A stretch of DNA of 64,000 bases, from IMG/VR virus record IMGVR_UViG_3300035670_010029. One strand, given 5' to 3'. Each line of letters opens with the position of its first letter. Within the stretch, counting starts at the first letter, position 1. This DNA comes from a virus. A program made the translations under genes and the position numbers. The notes under the pieces were generated by a model. The model was not told the DNA's origin, searched no databases, and saw only the letters and a list, made by a program, of their open reading frames with translations. Of this stretch, positions 7,675 to 17,519 are shown piece after piece.

Positions 7675-9294
7675 ATGCCAGATAGCAAAATAACTAATTT
7701 ATCTCCATCTCCATATCTATTAGATAGGGATCTGATGGTGGTTGTTACTGGATATTTGAATGAGGGTTCTTATCCTCAAACATGCCAAGTTCCGGTCAGC
7801 TATATTAGAAGATATATCACAAGACTAGATCTTCTATTAAATCCTGTTTCTGGTATAGGTAATTATTACAATAGCGGTTTAAACATATTAAGTATATGGG
7901 GTACCGGCATTCATGCTGTGCCAGGAAATAATGTAGAGATTCAATTTTCTCAAAACACTCCAGCAGGACAAAAATATGGCAAAACTGGACCTATTTGTCA
8001 TAGCGGTATTATATCTACCACGGGGCTAAATGCGTACAGTGGACATCCTTGGGGAAATCTTATAAGAGTTGATACACATAGTCAATGGCCATATAGTGGT
8101 ATTATATCTCAAACAGGGTTAAATATTATTCGTGGTAATCTTATTGATATACAGTTTGACCCAGCATCTCCCGCTGCTACCATTATGCACTCTAAGGACG
8201 GATCATGGGATAATAATTTTAATAAAAACTCTAATTTAGGCAACCCATATCATTCAGGAATAGTTTCTGTAACAGGACTCAATGCCACCAAAGGTAATCT
8301 GATAGATATTAATTTCAGTGCCGACTGGCCACATAGCGGAACCATTAGTACTACTGGTCTCAATATTATAGATGGTAATGGCATAGGATATACTATAGAT
8401 TCTTCTTGGCCGTATAAATATGAAATTTTCAACACAGAAAAAACCAAGTATGGCTCAAGTGTTACTATAAACAATACTGGTACACAAAATTCTAGCACAT
8501 CCAAATTTAATATTTTAACTTTGAGCTATAATGATTTCTATCAATCAAAGACCAATCAAAATTTGTCGTTATTAGCTACCGCATGTTTCAAGGTATCAGA
8601 TATTTCTTTCGGTGATCGTCCTTATGTGCCGGGGGCAGGAGCATTGAACGAACAAAAAATCTACGAGTTGCTACCTATTAGTGGCAGTATTGTAAATTAC
8701 ACATATCAAACGTGTGCTACAGAACAATGCGGAGTAGACGAGAATAACCAGCCTATTTTTTGCGACGTTACTGTTAATAATAATAGTAGTGTTACCATAG
8801 GATACAACGAATTAGCAAATTTTGTACAAAACGATACTTTTAATTACGTAATTAATAGTTTTACCCTCAACATAGGAATCAGTGGAAACGGCAACGATCA
8901 AATTACAAATATACATAGTTATCCTATTACTTTTAGAAATAGCACACAGGGAGGCACAACGTCTCCGTTATATAATACTAAAAACGAAATATATAGAAAT
9001 AATACTGAGCCATATATAGTTAATGGCATAGATCCAATTACCATCAGAGCTTCAGTTAATCTTAATATTAATTCTTCTAATTTCAATACCTCTAATTCTA
9101 TAGCTTTGTGTGCTTTTATCACCAATGTTAGGGCTACTCGTACTTATACAAATACAGCAGACTTTATACCAAACGATCCGTGCGTTGGCGACAATACCAC
9201 AAATAGCTACAGCTACAGCACAACCAGATGCTACTGCCCAACTTCTGCTACTATAGACGCTAAATTTATTAAAGCAGAAAATATAGTCTTATAA
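7675..9294 (+). CDS. Putative virion/tail-fibre-type protein with internal repeats
   Basis: MPDSKITNLS...DLMVVVTGY N-terminus and KAENIV C-terminus mirror 6828..7661; AGGAG RBS. Confidence 0.65.
   Translation: MPDSKITNLSPSPYLLDRDLMVVVTGYLNEGSYPQTCQVPVSYIRRYITRLDLLLNPVSGIGNYYNSGLNILSIWGTGIHAVPGNNVEIQFSQNTPAGQKYGKTGPICHSGIISTTGLNAYSGHPWGNLIRVDTHSQWPYSGIISQTGLNIIRGNLIDIQFDPASPAATIMHSKDGSWDNNFNKNSNLGNPYHSGIVSVTGLNATKGNLIDINFSADWPHSGTISTTGLNIIDGNGIGYTIDSSWPYKYEIFNTEKTKYGSSVTINNTGTQNSSTSKFNILTLSYNDFYQSKTNQNLSLLATACFKVSDISFGDRPYVPGAGALNEQKIYELLPISGSIVNYTYQTCATEQCGVDENNQPIFCDVTVNNNSSVTIGYNELANFVQNDTFNYVINSFTLNIGISGNGNDQITNIHSYPITFRNSTQGGTTSPLYNTKNEIYRNNTEPYIVNGIDPITIRASVNLNINSSNFNTSNSIALCAFITNVRATRTYTNTADFIPNDPCVGDNTTNSYSYSTTRCYCPTSATIDAKFIKAENIVL
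7888..8388 (+). repeat. 4-5 degenerate protein repeats (H/Y)SG(I/T)(I/V)SxTGLNxxxGNxIxIxF
   Basis: HSGIISTTGLN, YSGIISQTGLNIIRGNLIDIQF, HSGIVSVTGLNATKGNLIDINF, HSGTISTTGLNIIDGNGI. Confidence 0.8.
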
Positions 9295-9303
9295 GGTGTA
9301 TAA
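9295..9303 (+). promoter_or_regulatory. Candidate phage-specific promoter motif (GGTGTATAA)
   Basis: Immediately after the stop at 9294, upstream of an AGGAG RBS and ATG 9326. Confidence 0.5.
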
Positions 9304-9325
9304 ATATTGCAGGAGAATAAATTAT

Positions 9326-9493
9326 ATGAAATTTTTAGACAAAATTGCCTTAAACAGACTCATTGCTATAATCACTAGTTTTATCTTGAGCATTATTAAA
9401 ATTTTTGCTCCTAAGAACACAGACCTAGATTTACCCGAACCTCCTTTACGCAAAAAAAGAAAAGATCGACGCAAGGCTAATAAATTATCATGA
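9326..9493 (+). CDS. Small membrane protein with basic tail
   Basis: ATG 9326 after AGGAG; hydrophobic helix LIAIITSFILSIIKIF. Confidence 0.6.
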   Translation: MKFLDKIALNRLIAIITSFILSIIKIFAPKNTDLDLPEPPLRKKRKDRRKANKLS

Positions 9494-9774
9494 AACTATC
9501 TTACTTATTAATGACAACAGTATTATTTACTGCTATGTACTCAGCTCATAATGATTACTCAACCACAAGTGTTGTAACAGTAGTAGGGGCCGTTATATCT
9601 TCTCAAGAACAAGAAAAGGACAAAGTAGACACTAAATACAAAAGAAAAGATTGTCCTGTGTGTAAAGGCAAAGGATGGTACATGAGCGGCGACGGTATTA
9701 AAAAAATAGAATGTCAATATTGTGAACCAGAACAAGAAGAACAATCAACTAAACCATACATAATTAGAAGATAA
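9490..9774 (+). CDS. Signal-peptide protein with DnaJ-type CxxCxGxG...CxxC motif
   Basis: Hydrophobic N-terminus; CPVCKGKG and CQYC. Confidence 0.7.
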   Translation: MKLSYLLMTTVLFTAMYSAHNDYSTTSVVTVVGAVISSQEQEKDKVDTKYKRKDCPVCKGKGWYMSGDGIKKIECQYCEPEQEEQSTKPYIIRR

Positions 9775-10170
9775 ATGAATATCGAGCTAGAAAATAAAGT
9801 TAAACATATCGCAGAAAAAGTATTAAATCAAACCACATGGCCAAAGTCAGAAAATTATGGTAGTGTGATAGCTATTTTGATGGTGGTTAGTATCATTCTT
9901 ACTAGCATACGCATATTACAAGAGTGTAAAAAAAATAGAAAATTTTCTAGTAAAACAGAAAAATACCAAACCTATAAACAAGAAATCAAAGAAGTAAGCA
10001 GAACGCGGTCATGGTTTACTAAACTAAGACTAAAAAAAATAATACGCAAAGAACTCGGTAAGGATGAATATAAACAATATAGTAACGAATTATTGTATGC
10101 TATTCTTAATATAGGAGATACTCTTACGGATGAGGAAGCCATAACACTAGTGGAGGCAGCCAATGTTTAG
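9775..10170 (+). CDS. Single-TM hypothetical protein
   Basis: VIAILMVVSIILTSI helix. Confidence 0.7.
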   Translation: MNIELENKVKHIAEKVLNQTTWPKSENYGSVIAILMVVSIILTSIRILQECKKNRKFSSKTEKYQTYKQEIKEVSRTRSWFTKLRLKKIIRKELGKDEYKQYSNELLYAILNIGDTLTDEEAITLVEAANV

Positions 10171-10414
10171 TATAATGACCTGGATGGTATATGGAATTTT
10201 TGTTGGAGCAATTGCTAAAAGCGTTGTTCCTGGAGAAGAAAATTTTGGATTTTTAAAAACAATTGCTTTGGGTGTGGCTGGATCTTATATTGGTGGTGCA
10301 ATTATGTATCTGTTAGGCAAGTACGAAGCACTAGAACCATCCGGTCTTTTTATGGGTGTTGCTGGAGCCGTAGTAGCTTTAGTTCTATACAATAAGCTTA
10401 ACGAAAAAAAATAA
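10163..10414 (+). CDS. GlsB/YeaQ/YmgE (transglycosylase-associated) family membrane protein
   Basis: W-x-V-x-G-x-x-VG-x-IAK-x-x-VPG, TIALGVAGSYIGG, GVAGAVVAL; 3 TM helices in 83 aa. Confidence 0.85.
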   Translation: MFSIMTWMVYGIFVGAIAKSVVPGEENFGFLKTIALGVAGSYIGGAIMYLLGKYEALEPSGLFMGVAGAVVALVLYNKLNEKK

Positions 10415-10419
10415 TTACC

Positions 10420-10448
10420 TTGCCATCACTAGATACTATTACTATAAT
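10420..10448 (+). promoter_or_regulatory. Sigma-70 consensus promoter
   Basis: TTGCCA (10420-10425), 17-nt spacer, TATAAT (10443-10448). Confidence 0.7.
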
Positions 10449-10493
10449 ATAGTGCTTAGCACTTTTGTAATTACATACATTTAAGTAGTATCT

Positions 10494-12206
10494 ATGCTCA
10501 CCCCTAAAGAACTTTACGAAGCATATTCTATCAGTCCTTGTGGATATTATTACAATGGCAGTTCGTTTCAAGACAATGGAAGAGGATCTCCATATGATCT
10601 TAATAGAATTATTAGATTTTTAAAGCACGTAAAGTATCCATGCTATAGTTCTATAGATACTTCTGAGATTGATGGAACAGGAAATAAACAACTTGCTTTA
10701 ACCTTTAAATTTTTACAAACTCTAGACATAGATGCTTTTGCCGAAGGCCAACCACAAATAGAAAGTGGTACTGCATATAGCGTTAGAAATGCTGCTGATA
10801 TTACTAGGTCATGTTATCTATATGTTAATAATATTATAAATGAGTGGCAAGCACGAATGGCCACAGAATATTTAGAACATTTTTGTGGAAATTCTTTACC
10901 AGACTGTCTTATGATGCTAGGTCCGGATTTAGTAGAGGATAGTGTAGCCTATAATGACAGAGCGCCGAGTACGCTAGGATGTTTTTATCAAGGTGCTGGT
11001 TCAAGATTTTTTTGTTATTCTCCTCCATTAACTGACTCTCCTCCTATTTGTGTGTGTGGAGTAAAACCAGTCGCAATGGGAGACGGACCCGACCCTTGTG
11101 AGGGTAATACAGACGACCCTTGCTGCAAAGATGGTGTTGAATTTGAAAATTTATGCTGTAGAGTCGGGAGATCATCTAGAATAGATTTTTCTTATGTTAT
11201 TCCTGCAGACGACATATCTTATACTTCTAACGTTAGGAATGTATATTTTTCTAGTGCTGTCAATAATATTCAAGATGTAGAGACTTTACTAGAGGAGAAT
11301 ATAAACAGTAAAATAGGGATCAATGACGCATTGGTCTTACCTAATCAACAGGTTTGGGTATTGACAAACGGTTATCCACGCATGGCTAGTTCTTATCAGC
11401 GTAGAAATTTTATACTCAAACACCTAGGTATCCTAGAAAGAAAAGACTATGCTGGTTATGCTAATTTTGTTAGTCCTGGTGGTAGAAATTTTAATGCAAC
11501 TCTAGACGACATTTTTTTAGAACACTTTAGAGACGAATCTCAGCATAGATGCAAAACCATTAGTACAATTTTAGACATACAAAAAAATAAAACTAGTATA
11601 AGCACTAATACAACAGGAATGTTAAACAACATCAAAGACCTCATATATAACGGATACGGCATAGTATTATTGTCAAATGTGGGTTTTCCAAACTTTAGAG
11701 ACTCAACCGGACTGTCTTACCCTGATCGTATATGGTATCAAACATATACTATAATAGGCTATGATGATAGAAAAATAGAATATCCTGAATGCGTATATGT
11801 AATTTCTTGTCCTTTTGGAGATTGGATTGATGGAGGTCATCCGTCATGGGGTCCTTTGCCTCCTGGCTGCTTTTTGGTTACAGAAAGTCATCTTAGATGT
11901 ATGATTAGTTTTTATCCCGGCATGGACTTTTATGATTGCAGGAAACGATTTTGCAATCCCGTATTGTATGAATGTGACGATCCTTCTGTTCGTGTAAATT
12001 TCGATGGATGTGACGGAGCCCCGGAAGAAGGCAAATGTACACCATATTATTGCACTGAACAGCAATCCGCTTTCGGTATGGTATTTGCCATATCTATGAA
12101 TGACGGATTCCCAAAACAAGATTTACCACATGCTGATTTTTATCCAGTATCTTCTATTAGAGAAGCCTTTAAAGAACAAGAGGTATATTTCGATGCCAGT
12201 TCTTAA
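10494..12206 (+). CDS. Catalytically inactive paralogue of the C1 peptidase with Cys-rich insertions
   Basis: Shares LTP..LY..Y, RNA.DI.R, NGYGI...SN.GF...RDS.G and DGGHP.WGP.P.G.FL with 5842..6768; catalytic Cys/His/Asn replaced by Gly/Gln/Cys. Confidence 0.8.
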   Translation: MLTPKELYEAYSISPCGYYYNGSSFQDNGRGSPYDLNRIIRFLKHVKYPCYSSIDTSEIDGTGNKQLALTFKFLQTLDIDAFAEGQPQIESGTAYSVRNAADITRSCYLYVNNIINEWQARMATEYLEHFCGNSLPDCLMMLGPDLVEDSVAYNDRAPSTLGCFYQGAGSRFFCYSPPLTDSPPICVCGVKPVAMGDGPDPCEGNTDDPCCKDGVEFENLCCRVGRSSRIDFSYVIPADDISYTSNVRNVYFSSAVNNIQDVETLLEENINSKIGINDALVLPNQQVWVLTNGYPRMASSYQRRNFILKHLGILERKDYAGYANFVSPGGRNFNATLDDIFLEHFRDESQHRCKTISTILDIQKNKTSISTNTTGMLNNIKDLIYNGYGIVLLSNVGFPNFRDSTGLSYPDRIWYQTYTIIGYDDRKIEYPECVYVISCPFGDWIDGGHPSWGPLPPGCFLVTESHLRCMISFYPGMDFYDCRKRFCNPVLYECDDPSVRVNFDGCDGAPEEGKCTPYYCTEQQSAFGMVFAISMNDGFPKQDLPHADFYPVSSIREAFKEQEVYFDASS

Positions 12207-14850
12207 TTTGTGTGATCCAGCAAAATATTATTCAACGCCGTATGTGTCTGATGATACCAGCGATAAAATTAATAGGATACCGTCATCTAGTCAAGATATA
12301 AACATCATACAAACTTTGGAAGATAATGCTACTCTTAATCTAAATAGCTTAGACGCTTGTGAACTACAAAACATCGCATCAATATCCGTTAAATTTCGTG
12401 ATCCCTCTAGCGCCCTAGAAATAAATGGATCAGCCAACATAAATGTCACAGCTAGATCAGGAGAAACTCAACCTTGGATAGCTAACCATGAGGAATATGA
12501 TATTTCTGATAAGTATGTTATAGAGTCTATTTCTTCTTTGTTTACAACTACTATCAAAGGAATACTACATACCAAAGAAATTAATACTCGTACACTTAAT
12601 ATAGAAAATAATGGTTCTGTGTCTGGCCCTCTTATATCAGCACAAAACGTAAACATTAAAGGTTCGTCTAACTATATTAAATTCGCTAATATTACTGCTG
12701 ACGAAGTATCTATTACTGCTTCTAAAGCAAGAATAGACAACTCAACTTTTGTTTGCTCTCAAAATTATATTCAAAATGGTTCCGATGCATCCCTGCTAAA
12801 CTGCAATATCGTATCTCCATCAGCCACACTAAAACATGGTTATTTTCTAGCATCTCAAATACTTTTTGGTTCTTTGGAGCTAGACAACGGACACATAGAC
12901 GCTGAATGCTCCTATGATTCGAGTCTAGTACAATCTGGAAGTATACCCCTAAAAATAAAAAATACATCTATAGGCGCAAATTTCAAGACTAATGTTCCCC
13001 TATTGATTATGTCTGGACCAGCCGAACTTAATGGAGACATTAAAGCAATACTCATTTCAGGTTCTGTTCCTAATATCAATATAGGACCAAGTGGAATAGT
13101 TGATGTTATAAAAATAAGCACCAGCTCTATAAAAAATAGCGGACAACTAACAATTCAATCAATAACCAGTGGGCAATCATATACTATTAATAATTATGGC
13201 AATGCTTATATTAATGCAATGTCGTCCCAAAGTAGGTTATCTATTAAAAACGATTCATTTGCTAATACGATATTATCAGATACTGACTCTATTATAGAAT
13301 CCTTATCTAATGAAATCTCTGGTGTTATTCAAGCTAATAATTTAGTTATTAATAAATCATTTAGTAATACTGGTAAGTGTAATACCATCAGTAGTATACA
13401 AATCAAGGGAGGTATTAATAATCTTTCTGGTGTGATACAATCAACACACGTAGATCTATTCAATACTAATAATGAAGGAATAATATCTGCTAGTACGGTA
13501 TCTTTATCTGGGTCTTCCATTAATTTAGCTTCTGGTGTTATTCTGGGCAGCACTCTTTTTATTAACAAGACCAAGAACGAAGGGTTTTGTCAGGACGCGA
13601 CATTTACTGAAACAACAGAGAATCAAGGAAAATGCAATAATGCGATACTTAAAAACACAGCTAAAAATAATTATATAGTAAATGAACAAGCAGATTTTTA
13701 TAATACATCTAATAATGGCACTAATGCAATTACTAATATAGCAAATTTTTATGATGATAGTATTAATAATGCTGGGGGTAACTATGCATCAGACAAACTG
13801 TCTCCCGGAATACAGTATAACATATGGAAAACCATGAATTTTAATGATAGCTCATCGAACCAAGGATTGCTTGCGCCCTTGCAACCACTAAACATTAACG
13901 AGTGGCGCGATATCTTAATAAGATCAATCAACGATGGAACTTCGGAGGAATTCTTAAATAAGGATGCCCGTAAAGCTAATTTTTTAAATCAAAGTTTTAA
14001 TACGGCAAATATTTCTGGCAATATCAGTAACACAGGATCCCCCCTTTGCTATATCGTTTTTAACGATAATGCTTATCACAAATCTAGTATTGCACAGCAA
14101 GCTATTTTTCGTGATAATGCATATAATAAAGGAAATGCTATTAGATGTATTTTCCAGAACAATAGTAGTAATGAGGGCACAACGACTGAATGTTTGTTTT
14201 ATAATTTAGCTACTAATAACAGCAATCAAAATAATATTAATGCTATATTTTATGATAACAGCACAAATAGAGGTAAAGTAAAAGATAGTCAGTTTTTAAA
14301 CACCAGGAACTTCGGGGAGGTGGAAGGAACGGTTATATTTTCTGGAGCATCAGCAATAAATATCGCAAAACTATTAAACGTATCTAGTGGTTCATTTTTT
14401 GATAGCGCTAGTAATTTAGGACAAATAAACTCTAGCACAAACATTTATTTCGTGAATTCTTCGTATAATACCGGAACTATTGACGCATCAAATACTGTGT
14501 TTTACAATAACTCATATAACATTGCCAACGGAAATATCCAGTCCACAACGATAGAATTGACCAATAGATCTTACAACAATGGCAACATGACAGGCGGAAC
14601 TACTATGGTTAATAGCCAAAACTATGGATCTATTATAGGCGACACTGTTTTAAATAGCGGATCTGAAAACATAGGATACATTATAGGAAATGCTCAATTT
14701 GTAAATAATTCCATCAATCGCGGTGGCATTATGGGCAATGTTACATTAACACTGGGTTCTGTTAACGAGGGCACTATAACGGGTAATGTTAGTATCGATG
14801 CTACATCTACCAATGTTGGAACAGTAATAGGAGAAATTACTTTATTATGA
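12193..14850 (+). CDS. Beta-helix/solenoid repeat protein (putative tailspike/adhesin)
   Basis: ATG 12193 after GAGGT (ORF track start 12100); Asn/Ser-rich; many F-x-(D/N)-x-(S/A)-x-N-x-G repeats. Confidence 0.7.
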   Translation: MPVLNLCDPAKYYSTPYVSDDTSDKINRIPSSSQDINIIQTLEDNATLNLNSLDACELQNIASISVKFRDPSSALEINGSANINVTARSGETQPWIANHEEYDISDKYVIESISSLFTTTIKGILHTKEINTRTLNIENNGSVSGPLISAQNVNIKGSSNYIKFANITADEVSITASKARIDNSTFVCSQNYIQNGSDASLLNCNIVSPSATLKHGYFLASQILFGSLELDNGHIDAECSYDSSLVQSGSIPLKIKNTSIGANFKTNVPLLIMSGPAELNGDIKAILISGSVPNINIGPSGIVDVIKISTSSIKNSGQLTIQSITSGQSYTINNYGNAYINAMSSQSRLSIKNDSFANTILSDTDSIIESLSNEISGVIQANNLVINKSFSNTGKCNTISSIQIKGGINNLSGVIQSTHVDLFNTNNEGIISASTVSLSGSSINLASGVILGSTLFINKTKNEGFCQDATFTETTENQGKCNNAILKNTAKNNYIVNEQADFYNTSNNGTNAITNIANFYDDSINNAGGNYASDKLSPGIQYNIWKTMNFNDSSSNQGLLAPLQPLNINEWRDILIRSINDGTSEEFLNKDARKANFLNQSFNTANISGNISNTGSPLCYIVFNDNAYHKSSIAQQAIFRDNAYNKGNAIRCIFQNNSSNEGTTTECLFYNLATNNSNQNNINAIFYDNSTNRGKVKDSQFLNTRNFGEVEGTVIFSGASAINIAKLLNVSSGSFFDSASNLGQINSSTNIYFVNSSYNTGTIDASNTVFYNNSYNIANGNIQSTTIELTNRSYNNGNMTGGTTMVNSQNYGSIIGDTVLNSGSENIGYIIGNAQFVNNSINRGGIMGNVTLTLGSVNEGTITGNVSIDATSTNVGTVIGEITLL
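13450..14830 (+). repeat. About 20 degenerate F-x-(D/N)-x-(S/A)-x-N-x-G protein repeats
   Basis: For example FYNTSNNG, FNDSSSNQG, FRDNAYNKG, FQNNSSNEG, FYDNSTNRG, FVNSSYNTG, FVNNSINRG. Confidence 0.8.
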
Positions 14851-15503
14851 TATCATATACTATATCTGTATATAATGAAATTCAAGAAATCAGCTCTTTG
14901 TTAGCTCAATTGACTAAAATAATCTCTAAAGAAGATGAAATAGTTGTTGTTCAAACATACCGGGATCAATCAGAAGTAAATACGGAACTTTTTAAGCAAA
15001 TAAAAAATGTAATTATTAGTTACGCAAACACTTATCAAACATTTCATTTTCAACAAAAATTTGCAGACTTAAAAAATTATGTTAATTCTTTGGCTACTAA
15101 AACCTATATAATAAATTTAGATGCCGACGAGATGGTTACGGAACAAACGTTAAGTTTATGGAAAAACGCCATACAATCTCAAAAAGCAGATCTGTATTAT
15201 GTTCCTAGAATTAATATTGTAGACAGCTATACTTTACAAGATATGCAAAAATATCATTGGAATGTTAATAGTAATGGATGGATTAATTGGCCAGATTATC
15301 AACCAAGAATTTTTATTAACAACAATAATCTCAAATGGGCTGGAGATGTGCATGAGACAATGACAGGAGCGCAGCAAGCGATAGTCTTGCCAGCCAACCC
15401 TTCTTGGGCTATGATACATTATAAGCATATTCTTAGACAAAGAGAACAAAATTCGTTATACGAACAAATAAACAGGGAAAAAGACAATGAATCACATTTG
15501 TAA
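14847..15503 (+). CDS. Glycosyltransferase family 2 (GT-A)
   Basis: ISYTISVYNE, INLDADE (DxD), PDYQPRIF, W.GDVHE. Confidence 0.88.
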   Translation: MISYTISVYNEIQEISSLLAQLTKIISKEDEIVVVQTYRDQSEVNTELFKQIKNVIISYANTYQTFHFQQKFADLKNYVNSLATKTYIINLDADEMVTEQTLSLWKNAIQSQKADLYYVPRINIVDSYTLQDMQKYHWNVNSNGWINWPDYQPRIFINNNNLKWAGDVHETMTGAQQAIVLPANPSWAMIHYKHILRQREQNSLYEQINREKDNESHL

Positions 15504-16059
15504 AAACATACAGGGCTGGTGCAATTTTTATGATCTTTATAACAGCATTATAGATCGACTACCACAAAATTTCTTTTTTGCTGAGGTTGGTGTTTGGAAA
15601 GGACATAGCTTAGCTTATTTCACAGTGGAGTGCATCAACAAAAATAAACAAGGAACAATATACGCTATAGACCATTGGAAAGGATCAGCAGAACATCATA
15701 ATCCATCAGATCCTTCTTATGAGCCCATACTAGCAAATAACCCAGACGGATTGTATCACCATTTTCTGGAGAATATTAAGCCAATACAAGAGTATATTAC
15801 AGTGATGAGACAGTCATCAGAGGAAGCTTCTAAAGTAATTCCTAATGGAAGTCTCGATGCCATATTTATAGATGCTAGTCACGAATATGACGACGTATTA
15901 CACGATTTGTCTTTGTGGATATCTAAAATTAAAAACAATGGCATATTCTGTGGACATGACTACGATTGGCTGAGCGTAAGAACAGCTGTACAAGACTTTG
16001 CAAAAATAAATAATCTAAAAGTGTATCCGACTAGTTCTTCCTGCTGGTTATTAAAATGA
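15487..16059 (+). CDS. Class I SAM-dependent methyltransferase (Methyltransf_24-like)
   Basis: EVGVWKGHS, AIDHW, IFIDASHEY, GIFCGHDY. Confidence 0.88.
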   Translation: MNHICKNIQGWCNFYDLYNSIIDRLPQNFFFAEVGVWKGHSLAYFTVECINKNKQGTIYAIDHWKGSAEHHNPSDPSYEPILANNPDGLYHHFLENIKPIQEYITVMRQSSEEASKVIPNGSLDAIFIDASHEYDDVLHDLSLWISKIKNNGIFCGHDYDWLSVRTAVQDFAKINNLKVYPTSSSCWLLK

Positions 16060-16922
16060 AAATTTTATATGTCACAGATTATCGCAAATCATATAGCTGT
16101 GCAGGATTTGTTAATGACTACTTGAATGATTTAGTCTTTTGTGGCTTAACAGAATTAGACTATACAGAAGTTGTTTCGACCATACCTATCGCGCACCTAT
16201 ACACACCCCTTAAGGAAAGTATTGAGCCTAAACTATTGTGGGGCAAAGGCTTTACAGCTTCTTTTTTACTAGATGCTCTGCCACAATATAATACCAAAGA
16301 TATTTTAGACAAAATCAACAATAAGTATTTTGACTATGTGGTCTACGGTTCTGTACACAGATGTTTGGATGGATATCAAGATTTGTGTAGAATTTATGGT
16401 AAATCTAGAATTATTTTGGTGGATGGAGAAGACAGCACCACTATGCACCCACTACACACAGACCACCTTTACTTTAAAAGAGAATTAATTGATACCAGAT
16501 ATGGTATACCCATACATTTTGCTATTCCCGAAAAGAAAATCAACAAAACTGCTCAACCCAAAACACAGTTTTTTGCAACCGTGATACCTCACCGGTCCGA
16601 AACATATATTTTTAATGATGAAGACAGTTACTATAATGACTATAATATTTCTTATTTTGGTCTAACACAGAAAAAAGCGGGCTGGGACTGCATGAGACAT
16701 TATGAAATTTTAGGAAATAACTGTGTTCCATTGTTTATCGATATCCAAAATTGTCCCCCAAGATGCCTCACTAATCTACCCAAAAATCTTTTAATAGAAG
16801 CAAATAATCTTATTAATAATATGGGTCATTATAATAATATTCAAAAAGAATTAAGTATTTTTACCAGAAATCATTTAACTACAAAAAAATTAGCAGAATA
16901 TTTGATATCTTTTTGGGTATAA
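16056..16922 (+). CDS. Putative glycosyltransferase (GT-B/exostosin-like C-terminal domain)
   Basis: LVDGED, YFKRE, SYFGLTQKKAGWDCMRHYEILGNNCVP; cluster context. Confidence 0.6.
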   Translation: MKILYVTDYRKSYSCAGFVNDYLNDLVFCGLTELDYTEVVSTIPIAHLYTPLKESIEPKLLWGKGFTASFLLDALPQYNTKDILDKINNKYFDYVVYGSVHRCLDGYQDLCRIYGKSRIILVDGEDSTTMHPLHTDHLYFKRELIDTRYGIPIHFAIPEKKINKTAQPKTQFFATVIPHRSETYIFNDEDSYYNDYNISYFGLTQKKAGWDCMRHYEILGNNCVPLFIDIQNCPPRCLTNLPKNLLIEANNLINNMGHYNNIQKELSIFTRNHLTTKKLAEYLISFWV

Positions 16923-16923
16923 T
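16918..16923 (+). promoter_or_regulatory. -10 element TATAAT, 5 nt upstream of the CYTH ATG (possible leaderless promoter)
   Basis: GGG-TATAAT-aatgt-ATG; no canonical -35 and no SD. Confidence 0.35.
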
Positions 16924-16928
16924 AATGT

Positions 16929-17519
16929 ATGAATTATGATTTTATCGAAACAGAATATAAGTATTCGTGCGACCATGTCCCTCTGCAAATGTTTAGGGAT
17001 ACTATAGAAAATATATTTGTACATCAAGACTATAAATTTGCTTATATTAGTTCTGTTGATTGCTATTATTACAATTCACAGTATAAAGATACTTTTATAA
17101 GAGCAAGACTACCTGACGAAAGAGACGTTTTATCTAGCTGTGAACTAACACTCAAACAAAAAATTAATCCAGATATTGTATCTAGAACAGAAGTTAATAT
17201 TCCTTTAGACAAAAATGATTACGATCAAAAATCTATAGACCATTTTTTGCATCATCTTGGTTTTCTTTTTCAGTTTTCTTTATACAAGAAATGCTGGATT
17301 TATTATCTTACTGATATGGAGATTGTATTATATGACATATCTCAGGATCAAATCCATTATAAAAGATTCCTAGAAATAGAAACCAAAACCCCAGATAGTT
17401 TAATACTTGACACAAAAGAAATTCAAAAATTATTACAAAATCTAAGCATAGATAGTAAAACTGACAGATTGGACTCTTCTCAATTCGAAATGTTCTTTCG
17501 TTCAAAGGATCAATCATAG
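16929..17519 (+). CDS. CYTH-domain (triphosphate tunnel metalloenzyme) protein
   Basis: IETEYKY (ExExK), FIRARL, ELTLKQK, RTEVNI, LGF, FLEIET. Confidence 0.8.
   Translation: MNYDFIETEYKYSCDHVPLQMFRDTIENIFVHQDYKFAYISSVDCYYYNSQYKDTFIRARLPDERDVLSSCELTLKQKINPDIVSRTEVNIPLDKNDYDQKSIDHFLHHLGFLFQFSLYKKCWIYYLTDMEIVLYDISQDQIHYKRFLEIETKTPDSLILDTKEIQKLLQNLSIDSKTDRLDSSQFEMFFRSKDQS

Noticed and set aside
9296-9325. Upstream start codons given by the ORF track (9296, also 12100, 21647, 24424, 26227, 39123, 45665)
   Set aside because: Downstream starts with an RBS, translational coupling or family-typical N-termini fit better.
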